This document shows, piece by piece, positions 17,448-27,136 of a DNA stretch of 42,763 bases; positions within the stretch are counted from its first letter, which is position 1, and the number at the start of each line of letters is the position of its first letter. A program made the translations under genes and the position numbers. The DNA lies in NCBI GenBank assembly GCA_910580155.1, contig CAJTWX010000003.1, positions 1 through 42,763 on the forward strand, given 5' to 3'. Below the pieces are notes generated by a model. That model was given only the letters and a program-made list of their open reading frames with translations, was not told where the DNA came from and searched no databases. Source of the stretch: an uncultured Alphaproteobacteria bacterium (GTDB lineage Bacteria > Pseudomonadota > Alphaproteobacteria > RF32 > CAG-239).

Positions 17448-17990
17448 ATGAAATTTGTAGTAAGCCTATTTATAGCTGTGTTATTGGTTATCTGTCAGGC
17501 AGTTGCAGCAAATAACTATTTAGAAGACATCAGAACCCTCGGATATGTTTCCGGCGAAGGGCTGGCCTGTGGAGCATCGCGTTATCCGTCTTACGAACTT
17601 GTTGCCAGAGCCTATTTGGTTAGTTCTGCCCGTTCAGACAAGGAACAGGCGGACGGAATGTATGCCTATAATTCAGCAAAAGCGCGGGCTTATATGAATA
17701 AGCGCCGTGAAGGGCTGATGGGGTGTGAAGAAATCAATGCCCGTTTTGACAAACAAAAAATATTTAAAGCCGCCTTATATAAAAACGGCACAATTAAAAT
17801 GCCTGATGGCAAAGTTATCAAGCCGCGTCAGGAATATGACCCGCGGCTGTTATATAACCGTAACGATGATGAACGGAGTCGCCTGAATGCATACTACGAT
17901 AAATTGCAGGCAAAGAAAAAACGGCAGGCTCAAAAAGAGGGTATATTTAACAAAATCCGCGAAGAAGAACTGAAATCGCAATATCGCTAA
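17448..17990 (+). CDS. hypothetical secreted protein
   Basis: 180-aa ORF. Signal peptide MKFVVSLFIAVLLVICQAVAA, two Cys, and a basic Lys/Arg-rich C-terminus. No family recognised. Confidence 0.5.
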   Translation: MKFVVSLFIAVLLVICQAVAANNYLEDIRTLGYVSGEGLACGASRYPSYELVARAYLVSSARSDKEQADGMYAYNSAKARAYMNKRREGLMGCEEINARFDKQKIFKAALYKNGTIKMPDGKVIKPRQEYDPRLLYNRNDDERSRLNAYYDKLQAKKKRQAQKEGIFNKIREEELKSQYR

Positions 17991-18010
17991 CAAGTAAAGG
18001 AATTTAAATA

Positions 18011-19690
18011 ATGGCATCATATCAATATATCTATGTAATGCAAAACTTAAGCAAAGTTTTCCCCGGCGGGAAAGAGCTTTTCAAAAACATCAGCCTGTCG
18101 TTTTTTCCGGGGGCAAAAATAGGTGTGTTGGGTGTCAATGGTGCCGGTAAATCAACATTATTAAAAATTATGGCCGGTGTAGATAAAGAATTTAACGGCG
18201 AAGCCTGGGCTGCAGACGGAGTTAAAGTCGGTTATTTGGAGCAAGAGCCAAAATTAGACCCTGCTAAAACCGTAATGGAAAATGTGATGGATGGTTTAGG
18301 CGAAACAGTGGCATTGCTCAAACGCTTTGAAGAAGTTTCAATGAAGTTTGCCGAACCGATGAGCGATGATGAAATGAACGCTTTAATAGAAGAACAGGCC
18401 GTTCTGCAGGAAAAAATTGATGCGGCTAACGGATGGGATATTGAGCGTGCGGTGCAGATTGCAATGGATGCATTGCGTTGTCCGCCTGCCGATGCCGATG
18501 TCACAAAACTCTCCGGTGGCGAAAAAAGGCGTGTGGCACTTTGCCGCTTGCTGCTTTCCAAACCCGATATGCTGCTTTTAGATGAACCGACCAACCATTT
18601 GGATGCCGAGTCTGTCGCTTGGTTAGAGCATCATTTACGCGAGTATAAAGGAACAGTCGTGATGGTTACGCACGACCGTTATTTCTTGGATAATGTTACA
18701 GGTTGGATTCTCGAACTTGACCGTGGTCAGGGCATCCCATATGAAGGAAACTATACATCTTGGCTTGAGCAAAAACAAAAACGTATTGAGCAGGAAGCCA
18801 GAGAGGAAAATGCCCGTCAAAAAACTTTGGCTAATGAATTGGAATGGATTCGCAAAAATCCGAAAGCCCGTCAGGCCAAATCTAAAGCGCGTATCAATGC
18901 ATATGAAGAGTTGCTGGCAGAATCTTCCAAAGAACAAATCACACAGGCCTATATCAATATTCCGATGACGGAACGTCTGGGAGATATGGTGATTGAAGCT
19001 AAAAACATTTCTAAAGCTTTTGGAGAGCGTGTCTTGATAGATAATTTGTCATTCAAAATTCCGAAGGGGGCGATTGTTGGCATTATCGGACCAAATGGCG
19101 CCGGCAAAACCACCTTGTTTAAAATGATAACAGGTCAGGAACAGCCCGATTCGGGGGAGATTGTAATGGGAGATACCGTTGATTTAGGATATGTAGACCA
19201 AAGCCGTGACGAGCTTCGTGCCGATAAAACAATCTGGGAAGAAATATCCGATGGGCTGGATATTATAGAGCTTGGCAAAAAACAAATGCCATCCCGCGCC
19301 TATGTCGGACAGTTTAATTTCAAAGGAACTGATCAACAAAAGAAAATTGGCCAGCTTTCGGGTGGCGAGCGCAACCGTGTACATTTGGCGAAAATGCTCA
19401 AAAAAGGCGCAAATGTCATTTTGCTTGATGAACCAACCAATGATTTGGATGTCGATACACTGCGCTCACTGGAAGAGGGTATAATGAATTACCCTGGCTG
19501 CGTGTTGGTAACCTCCCACGACAGATGGTTTTTAGACCGTTTGGCAACGCATATCTTAGCGTATGAGGACGAAGGTCACGTAGAGTGGTTTGAAGGAAAC
19601 TTTGAAGACTATGAAAAGGATAAAATCCGCCGCCTTGGTGAAGAAGCGTGCCGCCCGCATCGTGTTAAATACAAAAAGCTTGAGCGATAA
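18011..19690 (+). CDS. ettA: energy-dependent translational throttle protein EttA (ABC-F ATPase)
   Basis: Two ABC cassettes (GVNGAGKST / LSGGEKRR and GPNGAGKTT / LSGGERNR) with no TM domain. The N-terminus [33 protein letters not shown] and the ~555-aa length are typical of EttA/YjjK. Confidence 0.9.
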   Translation: MASYQYIYVMQNLSKVFPGGKELFKNISLSFFPGAKIGVLGVNGAGKSTLLKIMAGVDKEFNGEAWAADGVKVGYLEQEPKLDPAKTVMENVMDGLGETVALLKRFEEVSMKFAEPMSDDEMNALIEEQAVLQEKIDAANGWDIERAVQIAMDALRCPPADADVTKLSGGEKRRVALCRLLLSKPDMLLLDEPTNHLDAESVAWLEHHLREYKGTVVMVTHDRYFLDNVTGWILELDRGQGIPYEGNYTSWLEQKQKRIEQEAREENARQKTLANELEWIRKNPKARQAKSKARINAYEELLAESSKEQITQAYINIPMTERLGDMVIEAKNISKAFGERVLIDNLSFKIPKGAIVGIIGPNGAGKTTLFKMITGQEQPDSGEIVMGDTVDLGYVDQSRDELRADKTIWEEISDGLDIIELGKKQMPSRAYVGQFNFKGTDQQKKIGQLSGGERNRVHLAKMLKKGANVILLDEPTNDLDVDTLRSLEEGIMNYPGCVLVTSHDRWFLDRLATHILAYEDEGHVEWFEGNFEDYEKDKIRRLGEEACRPHRVKYKKLER

Positions 19691-19694
19691 ACAC

Positions 19695-19722
19695 AAAAGC
19701 CGGCCAGTCAGCCGGCTTTTTT
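19695..19722. terminator. bidirectional rho-independent terminator between convergent ettA and the DUF4340-like gene
   Basis: AAAAGCCGGC-CAGTCA-GCCGGCTTTTTT. Confidence 0.8.
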
Positions 19723-20667
19723 CTACAAGGAAAAGTTGGCAATTATATGCCCTTTGCCGTTATTGATTTTGAAATACCAGCCGTCATATAACATTTGTTG
19801 TTCCTTAATAAGCCGCACAATTTCGCTGGATGCAGTAAGTTCTTGGTTAAGATGAATATTAACCCAGTAGTCGTTAGTATTTTTATATAAATCCACGCCA
19901 TAAATCAAACCATTAAAGAGGGTAATTTTATAGTGTCTTATTTTTTGAAATTCGCTTGGGGAAAAATGGGTAATATGCTTAATTTCCTCAGCGTTTAACA
20001 GCTTTATGTTATTTAAAAGCTGCCCGATATGCATAACCGGCTCATTATCCTCGGCAGATTTCAATGCTTCATCAGAAAAACGGCGGTAAACTTCAAAATT
20101 ATCCGTTTTTATGCGCTTAATGCTGTCCTCCTGAATTTGCAGAAAAGGCATCTGCACCCAATCCATTAAAACGGGGGAAGGCATAAAATTTCCTTTAAGT
20201 TGATATAAATATGCATTGTTGTTAAGCAAAGCATAATGATATCTGTTAGTGTCTTTTTTCGGGGCGATCTCAGCAATATCTAATATATTTCCGTCGCTAT
20301 CAAGACAGGTTATTTTAATAGTATTTTCCAAATGCTGCTGTTTATCAGTTTTATTAAGTTTGTCTGCTCTGAAAATAACTGTGTCGGAGATAAATTTTAA
20401 TAAGGCATTTGCTTCAAAAGGGGATGCAAAATAATCATCGGCTTCTTTAATGCGCCAAATCCCGTTTTGTTGTTCCAATGTAATATTTTTTCCGTTTTCA
20501 AATTTAACAATAACAGTATGTAGCTTTAGGTTGTTGCGGCTGTTTTCAAAAAAATAATTGCCGCGCGACATCGAATAAATAGTCTTTCCTTTTGAAAAAA
20601 ATCCGATTCCCAAAAACAAAAGAGAGAAACAAGCTAAAAACAAAGCAGCCTTAAAATGTGATTTCAT
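19723..20667 (-). CDS. membrane-anchored protein, DUF4340-like, last gene of the GldG-type ABC operon
   Basis: N-terminal TM (AALFLACFSLLFLGIGFF). The context (ABC ATPase, ABC-2 permease/GldG, then this gene, overlapping by 17 nt) matches the usual GldG-DUF4340 arrangement. The family call rests mainly on context. Confidence 0.5.
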   Translation of the reverse strand: MKSHFKAALFLACFSLLFLGIGFFSKGKTIYSMSRGNYFFENSRNNLKLHTVIVKFENGKNITLEQQNGIWRIKEADDYFASPFEANALLKFISDTVIFRADKLNKTDKQQHLENTIKITCLDSDGNILDIAEIAPKKDTNRYHYALLNNNAYLYQLKGNFMPSPVLMDWVQMPFLQIQEDSIKRIKTDNFEVYRRFSDEALKSAEDNEPVMHIGQLLNNIKLLNAEEIKHITHFSPSEFQKIRHYKITLFNGLIYGVDLYKNTNDYWVNIHLNQELTASSEIVRLIKEQQMLYDGWYFKINNGKGHIIANFSL

Positions 20668-22981
20668 AAGCGGAAAGCCTCCTTATCTTGCGTTTTTGAT
20701 ATTGGGAAAACAAAAATATTATAACTCCTAAAATGCCAAGCATAAGGCACGGAATAAGCAAAACAATCACAAACGTTAAACCGGCAATGGTGGAATGGTA
20801 ATTGGTGATAATTTGTTTTTTTGTATAATTTAACAAATCTTCCGCATCATCCAAGTCCTGTGCCAGATTTTGTTTTTTGCTGATGTTTTTAACTGAAGCG
20901 GTGTCCATATTGTTTAAGCTGTTTTTAAGCGATTCTATTTCGTCTTGTAACTTATTCAATTCATCCTGATATCTGCGTTTCTGGCTCTGCAGTATAGAGC
21001 TGCCGACACTTGTCAGGTTCATTGCATAATGCGGGTAGTTAAGCCCTGCTTCCGTGTTGCTTCCGGTAGCTTTATCCAACAGCTGCAAATAAAAAGGTTG
21101 GTTGTCAGCCAAAGAAAGAATCTGGTAAAATCCCTTTCCTTTGGAGTCGTCAATAATGTAGAGATAATCCTTTAAGAGATCGCTGTCATAAATAAAGAAA
21201 AATTGTCCGCTTTGCACAGAATGTGACAGCAAACCGGATGTTTCTTCAGCATATTCCGGATAATGGCTGTCAAATTTTCCCGCTGTTAAAACCGCCAAAT
21301 TCCTGTTACCAACAGCCAAAAGCGGCACTGAGCTGAATGTCTGGTTCTGTCGGGTTTTAACTTCTCCCGCATTGTTAATAAGCACAGAACGGATATCCTC
21401 AGATAAACCTCCGCCGGCTGTTTGAGCAATGTTTATACTTTGGTGATTGTCTGTAAGTATGAAATATGTGGTTGGTTTAATGCCAAAAGTATTGAGAAAA
21501 TCTGCCAGATAAGAATCATTATTTTTTTGTAGCAAAGCTGGTTCGTAAAACATAATCACATTTCCGCCGTTTAATATATATTGATCTAATGCCAATAAAA
21601 ATCCGTATGAAACAGAGGGCGGGTTAATAAGAATAACGGCATTATAAGTTGGCGGAAGATATTGAACGTTTGAATCAATTAGTGTCACGTCATAAAATTC
21701 ATTTAGGGAATTATAAAATCCCTGCATTTCATTTAAGTCATCCGGCGCTGCTAATAAAGCAACCGCCTTTTTACTTTGGCCAAGCTGCTTGATGAGGCGC
21801 ATAATATCTGTTTCAAGCAAATTTTGCCTGAAACTCTCCATCGTATCTATTTTGCGAATATTGCCGTCATTGTCTGATATCTCCATTGCCATATAAGTTT
21901 TATTGTTAAGATTATCCTCTTGATAAGGCATTCCCTCTCTTATAAGCCGGCGTTCTAACGCGCTGAACGGCTCAACCAACACCACGGAATAGCGGATTGC
22001 TCCGTCAGATTGCTTTTCAAACTGCTGCAAAAGCCGTTCGGTATATGCGGCATACGAGGCATATCGTGAGTTTCCGTCTTCTCGTTTGTTTTTTGCCTCA
22101 TAAAGGGTAATATCAACACGTTTATCTAAAGTATTCAGATAATCCCGATTCCTGTCAGTCAGCGTATAGGTTTTGTTGCAGGTAGCATCAATAAGTCTGT
22201 CAAACCAAAGAAAAGCCCCCATATTTCCCGAAACAAATATGATAAACAGCAAAAAGATAAATAGCATAAAGACGCGTTTTTCCTGCGATGTATTTGTTTG
22301 ATGCTTTATCAGCATCACAGTATTAAGCCAGAGTAATAATGCCGTTCCCAAAATAAAATATACAAAGTTTCCCCAAAGGAGAGCACCTGCCAAAAAGGCA
22401 CTGTAATTTCCATAAAAGCTGAAGTTGCCGGTAAAATAAACCGGAAAATCAAGTTGTGAAACAAAAAAGAGCACGAAAACAGTGCCGATAAAACTGGTAA
22501 TAACACTCCGGCAGCAAACAGAAACCAAGCAACCGGCAGCTGAAAATAAGGCGCCGCATAATGCAAGCCCGAGGTATCCCGAAACCGCCATCCCCCAGTC
22601 CAAAACCGAAAAAGCATTTGTAATCAGTAAAAAAGGAGCGGAACATAAAACCAAACATAAAAAGAAAACATATGCTGCACCAAATTTCGCAAGGACAAGT
22701 GTCGAAAATCTGACTGGCTGCGTTAAAAGCAGCTCAATCGTACCGCTTTTAATCTCATCCGCCCACGAACGCATTGTAATTGCCGGAATAACCAAAACAA
22801 GAATAGAAGGCTGCATAACAAAATATGCATTCATAACATCTGTTTCCCGCAAAAAATAATCGCCTAAATAAAGCGCCGAAAAGAAAGACAGCAAACAATA
22901 CGAAAAAATGATAAGATAAGCATTATAGCCGCTGAAATAAGCCGCAAAATCTTTTTTAAATTGCACAAAAAACTGCTTCAT
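20651..22981 (-). CDS. fused ABC-2 type permease and GldG-like auxiliary component
   Basis: 776 aa. The first ~240 aa are six hydrophobic helices (ABC-2 permease-like). A further TM is followed by a large soluble region (YTLTDRNRDYLNTLDKRVDITLY..., the GldG-type start), a coiled-coil and a C-terminal TM (GLTFVIVLLIPCLMLGILGVIIFLF). An ATGA overlap joins it to the ATPase gene. Confidence 0.65.
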   Translation of the reverse strand: MKQFFVQFKKDFAAYFSGYNAYLIIFSYCLLSFFSALYLGDYFLRETDVMNAYFVMQPSILVLVIPAITMRSWADEIKSGTIELLLTQPVRFSTLVLAKFGAAYVFFLCLVLCSAPFLLITNAFSVLDWGMAVSGYLGLALCGALFSAAGCLVSVCCRSVITSFIGTVFVLFFVSQLDFPVYFTGNFSFYGNYSAFLAGALLWGNFVYFILGTALLLWLNTVMLIKHQTNTSQEKRVFMLFIFLLFIIFVSGNMGAFLWFDRLIDATCNKTYTLTDRNRDYLNTLDKRVDITLYEAKNKREDGNSRYASYAAYTERLLQQFEKQSDGAIRYSVVLVEPFSALERRLIREGMPYQEDNLNNKTYMAMEISDNDGNIRKIDTMESFRQNLLETDIMRLIKQLGQSKKAVALLAAPDDLNEMQGFYNSLNEFYDVTLIDSNVQYLPPTYNAVILINPPSVSYGFLLALDQYILNGGNVIMFYEPALLQKNNDSYLADFLNTFGIKPTTYFILTDNHQSINIAQTAGGGLSEDIRSVLINNAGEVKTRQNQTFSSVPLLAVGNRNLAVLTAGKFDSHYPEYAEETSGLLSHSVQSGQFFFIYDSDLLKDYLYIIDDSKGKGFYQILSLADNQPFYLQLLDKATGSNTEAGLNYPHYAMNLTSVGSSILQSQKRRYQDELNKLQDEIESLKNSLNNMDTASVKNISKKQNLAQDLDDAEDLLNYTKKQIITNYHSTIAGLTFVIVLLIPCLMLGILGVIIFLFSQYQKRKIRRLSAYEITF

Positions 22982-23697
22982 TTACCCTCCTTGGCCTGTT
23001 CTGTCAACAAATGAAAGGCCTCGCCGATATTTTTGTTTTTGGAAATTTTCTTAAATTCGGCAATGCTTGTATCTGTAATGATTTTTCCGTGAGCCAGCAT
23101 AATTATTCTTTCAGCCTCTTCCGTATCTTCCAAAACGTGTGTAGAGAGCAAAACGGTATTTTTTTCAGCATATTGCTTCATAAATTTTCGGACATCGCGT
23201 TTTTGATTGGGGTCAAGCCCGTCTGTCGGTTCATCCAAAATCAAAATCTCGGGCTGATGCAAAATAGCCGAAGCAATTTCCACCCGTTTTTTATATCCTT
23301 TCGAAAGTGTATCAATTTTCTGGGAAAGAATTTCTGTAATATGCATTGTTTTTGCCGCAGCCATAACCGCCTCATCGGGTTTTTTAACCGCACGCAAATC
23401 CGCAATCCATTTTAAAAAGTCATAAACAAGCATATCGCCGTATAAATTGGATATCTCGGGAACATAACCGATATGCTTCAGTGCTTTTATTCGTTGCTTA
23501 AGGATATCATAATCGCCAATAATAACCCGACCGTCAGAAGGGGGAACATAACCGCATATAATGCGCATAAGGGTAGATTTTCCTGCTCCGTTTTCCCCCA
23601 CCAACGCAATAACTTCGCCGTGTTTTAAAGTCAGATTTATATCGTCTAAAACGGATTTGCCGTCATATTTTTTGAAAATATGCTGTATTTTAATCAT
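22978..23697 (-). CDS. ABC transporter ATP-binding protein (ABC-2/GldA-like)
   Basis: Walker A GENGAGKST, signature LSKGYKKRVEIA, Walker B ILILDEPTDGLD. Confidence 0.88.
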   Translation of the reverse strand: MIKIQHIFKKYDGKSVLDDINLTLKHGEVIALVGENGAGKSTLMRIICGYVPPSDGRVIIGDYDILKQRIKALKHIGYVPEISNLYGDMLVYDFLKWIADLRAVKKPDEAVMAAAKTMHITEILSQKIDTLSKGYKKRVEIASAILHQPEILILDEPTDGLDPNQKRDVRKFMKQYAEKNTVLLSTHVLEDTEEAERIIMLAHGKIITDTSIAEFKKISKNKNIGEAFHLLTEQAKEGK

Positions 23698-23803
23698 AAT
23701 TCACCCTATAAACAAAAAGCTATAGAGCATATATAGCAAAAAATGTTTAAAATTTTCACAATTTGGCGGAATAAATCAAATCATAGGTGACAAAAAATTA
23801 TTT

Positions 23804-24367
23804 ATGGGCTATAAACAATATGTATACATAAAAACTAAATGGAGCAAAAGTTTGCAGGAAAAATATTCTAAAGAGGAAGAAAAAACGATTCGTACCGGCA
23901 TAATGGCATTAGCCGTTATTTTGCTGGTCGTGTTTGTTACCATATCGCATAATGCTTCAATTAAAAATCGCGGATTGGGCGATACATATGACATTTATGC
24001 AAGTTTTGGACGGACAGACGGTCTAAACGTTGGTGATGCTGTCCGTCTTTCCGGAGTGAATATCGGCCGCGTATCAAAAGCTGAACTGGATGAAAATTTT
24101 AACTCGCGTTTGACCTTAAATATCAGTAGCAATTACCGGATACCAGATGACAGCAGTGCGTCAATCGTCAGTTTCGGGCTTATCGGCGGTAAATATGTCG
24201 AAATAGAGGTCGGAGGTTCGGAAGATTATATTAAAGACAAAGGGAGTATCAGTTATACGCAGGATGCTCTTGTGCTTGAAGAATTGTTGGATCGTATTAT
24301 CGCAATGGGAAAAAGCAAAAACGCAAGAAACAATCAGACAGAAAACAAAGGAGAAGACAATGAATAA
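23804..24367 (+). CDS. MCE-domain protein, MlaD-like (paralogue 1)
   Basis: TM (GIMALAVILLVVFV) followed by the MCE block DGLNVGDAVRLSGVNIGRVSKAEL ... IVSFGLIGGKYVEIEVGG. Start is uncertain: ATG 23804, or TTG 23852 which has a GGAG 7 nt upstream. Confidence 0.8.
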   Translation: MGYKQYVYIKTKWSKSLQEKYSKEEEKTIRTGIMALAVILLVVFVTISHNASIKNRGLGDTYDIYASFGRTDGLNVGDAVRLSGVNIGRVSKAELDENFNSRLTLNISSNYRIPDDSSASIVSFGLIGGKYVEIEVGGSEDYIKDKGSISYTQDALVLEELLDRIIAMGKSKNARNNQTENKGEDNE

Positions 24368-24818
24368 AAAACCGGTAGAAACAATAATGGGCTTGGTGGT
24401 TTTGGCCGTTGCCGCATTGTTTATGATGTTTGCGTACCGTGTGTCAGATTTGCAGGTTGTAAAAGGTTATGAAATAAAAAGCCGCTTTTTGAAAGTGGGC
24501 GGGCTAAACACCGGAGCTGATGTCCGTATAAACGGTATAAAAGTTGGAACTGTTGTGTCGCAAAGTGTTAATCCGTTGGATTATATGGTAGATGTAACCT
24601 TGAGTATTATGCCGCAAATATCTCTGCCGGCAGATAGTCAGATAATGATTGCCGGCGATGGCTTAATGGGTGACAAATACATTAAAATCGAGCCCGGAAA
24701 ATCCCAAGAAAAACTAACCGCCGGCGCAACCGCCGTAAATACAAAAGATGCCAAATCCTTAGAAGATATGGTAGGTGAAATTATCTTTATGGTGACAAAT
24801 GATGACAATGAAAAATAA
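24360..24818 (+). CDS. mlaD: outer-membrane lipid asymmetry protein MlaD-like (paralogue 2)
   Basis: MNKKPVETIMGLVVLAVAALFMMFA, then GGLNTGADVRINGIKVGTV ... IAGDGLMGDKYIKIEPG. ATG 24360 overlaps the stop of paralogue 1. The ORF-track start 24264 lies inside the upstream gene. Confidence 0.85.
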   Translation: MNKKPVETIMGLVVLAVAALFMMFAYRVSDLQVVKGYEIKSRFLKVGGLNTGADVRINGIKVGTVVSQSVNPLDYMVDVTLSIMPQISLPADSQIMIAGDGLMGDKYIKIEPGKSQEKLTAGATAVNTKDAKSLEDMVGEIIFMVTNDDNEK

Positions 24819-25578
24819 GCTTAAATATACAGCAGTACTTTGCTGTTTGATGTGTTCTTCAGCAATTGCAGCAGAAATTCCGACAAATGCTGCACTAATG
24901 CAGGCAATGGATAAAGTAACGGGAAGGGTCAATAAAATTACGGTTCCGGTTAATTCCAAAATCAGCTTTGGAGATTTTTCGCTGGTTTTGCGTGCGTGCA
25001 AAAAACGTCCGGCAGAAGAAACACCGGAAAATTTTGCATTCGTTGATGTGGCAGATAAAAGCTTTGGCGAAGATGAATATAACATCTTTCGTGGCTGGAT
25101 GTTGTCATCTACCCCCGGAATTAACGCTATTGAACATCCGATTTATGATGTCTGGCTCTTGGAATGTATAGATACCGAAGTCGAAACAGCAAAATTGCTG
25201 ACAGAAGAAGAACTCAAAGAGCGTGATAACTTGCCGGCAAAAACAACCCTTACCGAGCAAAATGTAAAAAAAGAAAATACGGAAGGTGATAAAACAGTAA
25301 CCGAGCAGCCACAGGTAATCCGGATTAAAGAGTTTATCAACGAAGACAGGGATATTGAAAAAGACATCAGAGAAGCACCCGCGTATATCTCTGAAACATC
25401 TGCAGCATATGTGAGTGATATAGAAGAAGGGGAAGAGCCTGAAAATCTGTTGCTCTTTACCAAAATGCAAGAAGAAACTTCTGATACGCAGGCAACCCCG
25501 CCATCAAAGAACAGCCCCTCTGAAGATGATCTGTCAGACGCGATAGAGGCAGAGATAAAGGGGCTTCGTCAAAACTAG
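24799..25578 (+). CDS. DUF2155 domain protein with acidic C-terminal extension
   Basis: Signal peptide, then DKVTGRV...FGDFSLVLRACKKRPAEETPENFAFVDV...IFRGWMLSSTPGINAIEHPIYDVWLLEC, which is the DUF2155 signature typically found next to mlaD in alphaproteobacteria. The start may be any of three ATGs at 24799-24808. Confidence 0.85.
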   Translation: MMTMKNKLKYTAVLCCLMCSSAIAAEIPTNAALMQAMDKVTGRVNKITVPVNSKISFGDFSLVLRACKKRPAEETPENFAFVDVADKSFGEDEYNIFRGWMLSSTPGINAIEHPIYDVWLLECIDTEVETAKLLTEEELKERDNLPAKTTLTEQNVKKENTEGDKTVTEQPQVIRIKEFINEDRDIEKDIREAPAYISETSAAYVSDIEEGEEPENLLLFTKMQEETSDTQATPPSKNSPSEDDLSDAIEAEIKGLRQN

Positions 25579-27125
25579 ATACCGGCAATATAAATAAAAC
25601 AGTTTAGCACCGCATATATGACAGTAATTGTTAAAAATGCGGTGCTTTTTATTTTTTTAGCCAAAATGGCGGATAGTAAAACCGTTTCCGGCAATATAAG
25701 CTGTGCAAACAACCTAAAGTCTGTTGAACAAATGTACGGGTAATCAAGCGCATATTTAATGGCATATCCCCAAACCGTTAAATAGAGTATGGCTAACATT
25801 ACAACAGCTGGATGATGTTTGCTTGAATTGCAAAAAATCAAAAGGCATCCGGCAAGCGCAAATATTTTAATAAATATGTTTAATATATAAAGCGCAAATG
25901 CCGGCCAATAAATAATCGGATGGATAAGGCTCAAATCCCATTCGCCGAAAAGCTCTGTTTTAATCAGTGCAAGAAAGATATTTGCGTCGCTGACCTCCGG
26001 TACATTGATAAACGGCTGAAACAACATTGAAAAATCACCGATTCTCTCTTGTAATGTCAAATATTTGAAATTCTGTCCTGCCGGCGACGTATCAGGAATA
26101 TTATAAAATTGCATATCAAATAAAATATGATTGCGGATAATCCATAACAAAGCCAGAGGAACGGCAATGATGATAAACAGGCAAAGCTGTTGTATGATTT
26201 TTTGCCGGTTTTCCCGAGTGGTGAAAAGCTTATGTATAAAGATAAAGCAAAGAGCTGGAACTAACATCAAAACCGAGAGTTTGGTCAAAACGCCAACCCC
26301 AAACCCGATAGCCGCGCAGGCAATATATTTACTCTGTTCTGTCTTATACCAGAGTATAATAAAATAAATAATAAAAACACTCCAAAAAATAGTCGGAACG
26401 TCATCAGATATATATCCTGAAAATAAGATAAACGTCGGATGAAATGCAAAAAGTGTAACACACGCATAAAAAGTTTTACCGGTAATCTTTAACTCTTTAA
26501 AAATTCCTGCGGCAATAAGTGTCGTAAGGGTAACATATAATAAAGACAAATATTGCAGCCCTTCCGCCGCCAATGTTCTGGAATTCCATAGATATATTTC
26601 TGCAGAAAATAAATATCCGGCAATAATAAAATGTAAAGGCTGGTGAAACAGATAATACATATGCCACGGATTAAAGTTAAATATATTTATGCCGTTAAGG
26701 GTAATCAAATGCATATAAAGCATAATGCCGTTTAAATCGTGCTGCCTGATATTAACCGGTGTAATTTGAATATAATACAGATGAAGCAAAAAAGCCGCAG
26801 CAATTATAGCTATAAGATAAATATTGTTTTTGGTGCGATTTAACAAAATAAATAAAAACAAAATCCCGTATTCGCCTAAAAGATAGCCAATACTGCTGGT
26901 ATTGGCTGCCAAGAAAGATAAAAATCCCCCAAGCGCCAAAAGGATAAATCCGATTCGCTGATAAAAACCATTAAGCCCCAAAGCTAAAAGGCCGGTAATA
27001 ATCAGATATGATATTTGGACGTCAGATATATAAGAACTGCCATAAAATATGCTTGCTGCTAAAAATAACAGCAAGCATACCAAAAATGTAAAGCTGCAAG
27101 GATGTTTTTCTACAAAGTCAAACAC
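25575..27125 (-). CDS. polytopic membrane protein, GT-C-fold (ArnT/PMT_2-like) glycosyltransferase candidate
   Basis: 516 aa and almost entirely hydrophobic helices. The first large loop has RQHDLNGIMLYMHLITLNG...NPWHMYYLFHQPLHF, which resembles the D/E...H...G......HxPL pattern of PMT_2/ArnT-type enzymes (compare the gene at 37372). GTG start lies 11 nt after the stop of the upstream lipoprotein gene, with AGGCAGG before it. Confidence 0.45.
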   Translation of the reverse strand: MFDFVEKHPCSFTFLVCLLLFLAASIFYGSSYISDVQISYLIITGLLALGLNGFYQRIGFILLALGGFLSFLAANTSSIGYLLGEYGILFLFILLNRTKNNIYLIAIIAAAFLLHLYYIQITPVNIRQHDLNGIMLYMHLITLNGINIFNFNPWHMYYLFHQPLHFIIAGYLFSAEIYLWNSRTLAAEGLQYLSLLYVTLTTLIAAGIFKELKITGKTFYACVTLFAFHPTFILFSGYISDDVPTIFWSVFIIYFIILWYKTEQSKYIACAAIGFGVGVLTKLSVLMLVPALCFIFIHKLFTTRENRQKIIQQLCLFIIIAVPLALLWIIRNHILFDMQFYNIPDTSPAGQNFKYLTLQERIGDFSMLFQPFINVPEVSDANIFLALIKTELFGEWDLSLIHPIIYWPAFALYILNIFIKIFALAGCLLIFCNSSKHHPAVVMLAILYLTVWGYAIKYALDYPYICSTDFRLFAQLILPETVLLSAILAKKIKSTAFLTITVIYAVLNCFIYIAGI

Positions 27126-27136
27126 CAGACCTGCCT

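Noticed and set aside
23719-23737. Inverted repeat GCTATA-N7-TATAGC between the divergent ABC operon and mlaD1, a possible operator.
   Set aside because: The arms are short and AT-rich, they overlap -10-like TATA sequences, and no regulator gene is adjacent. This is not distinguishable from promoter sequence.
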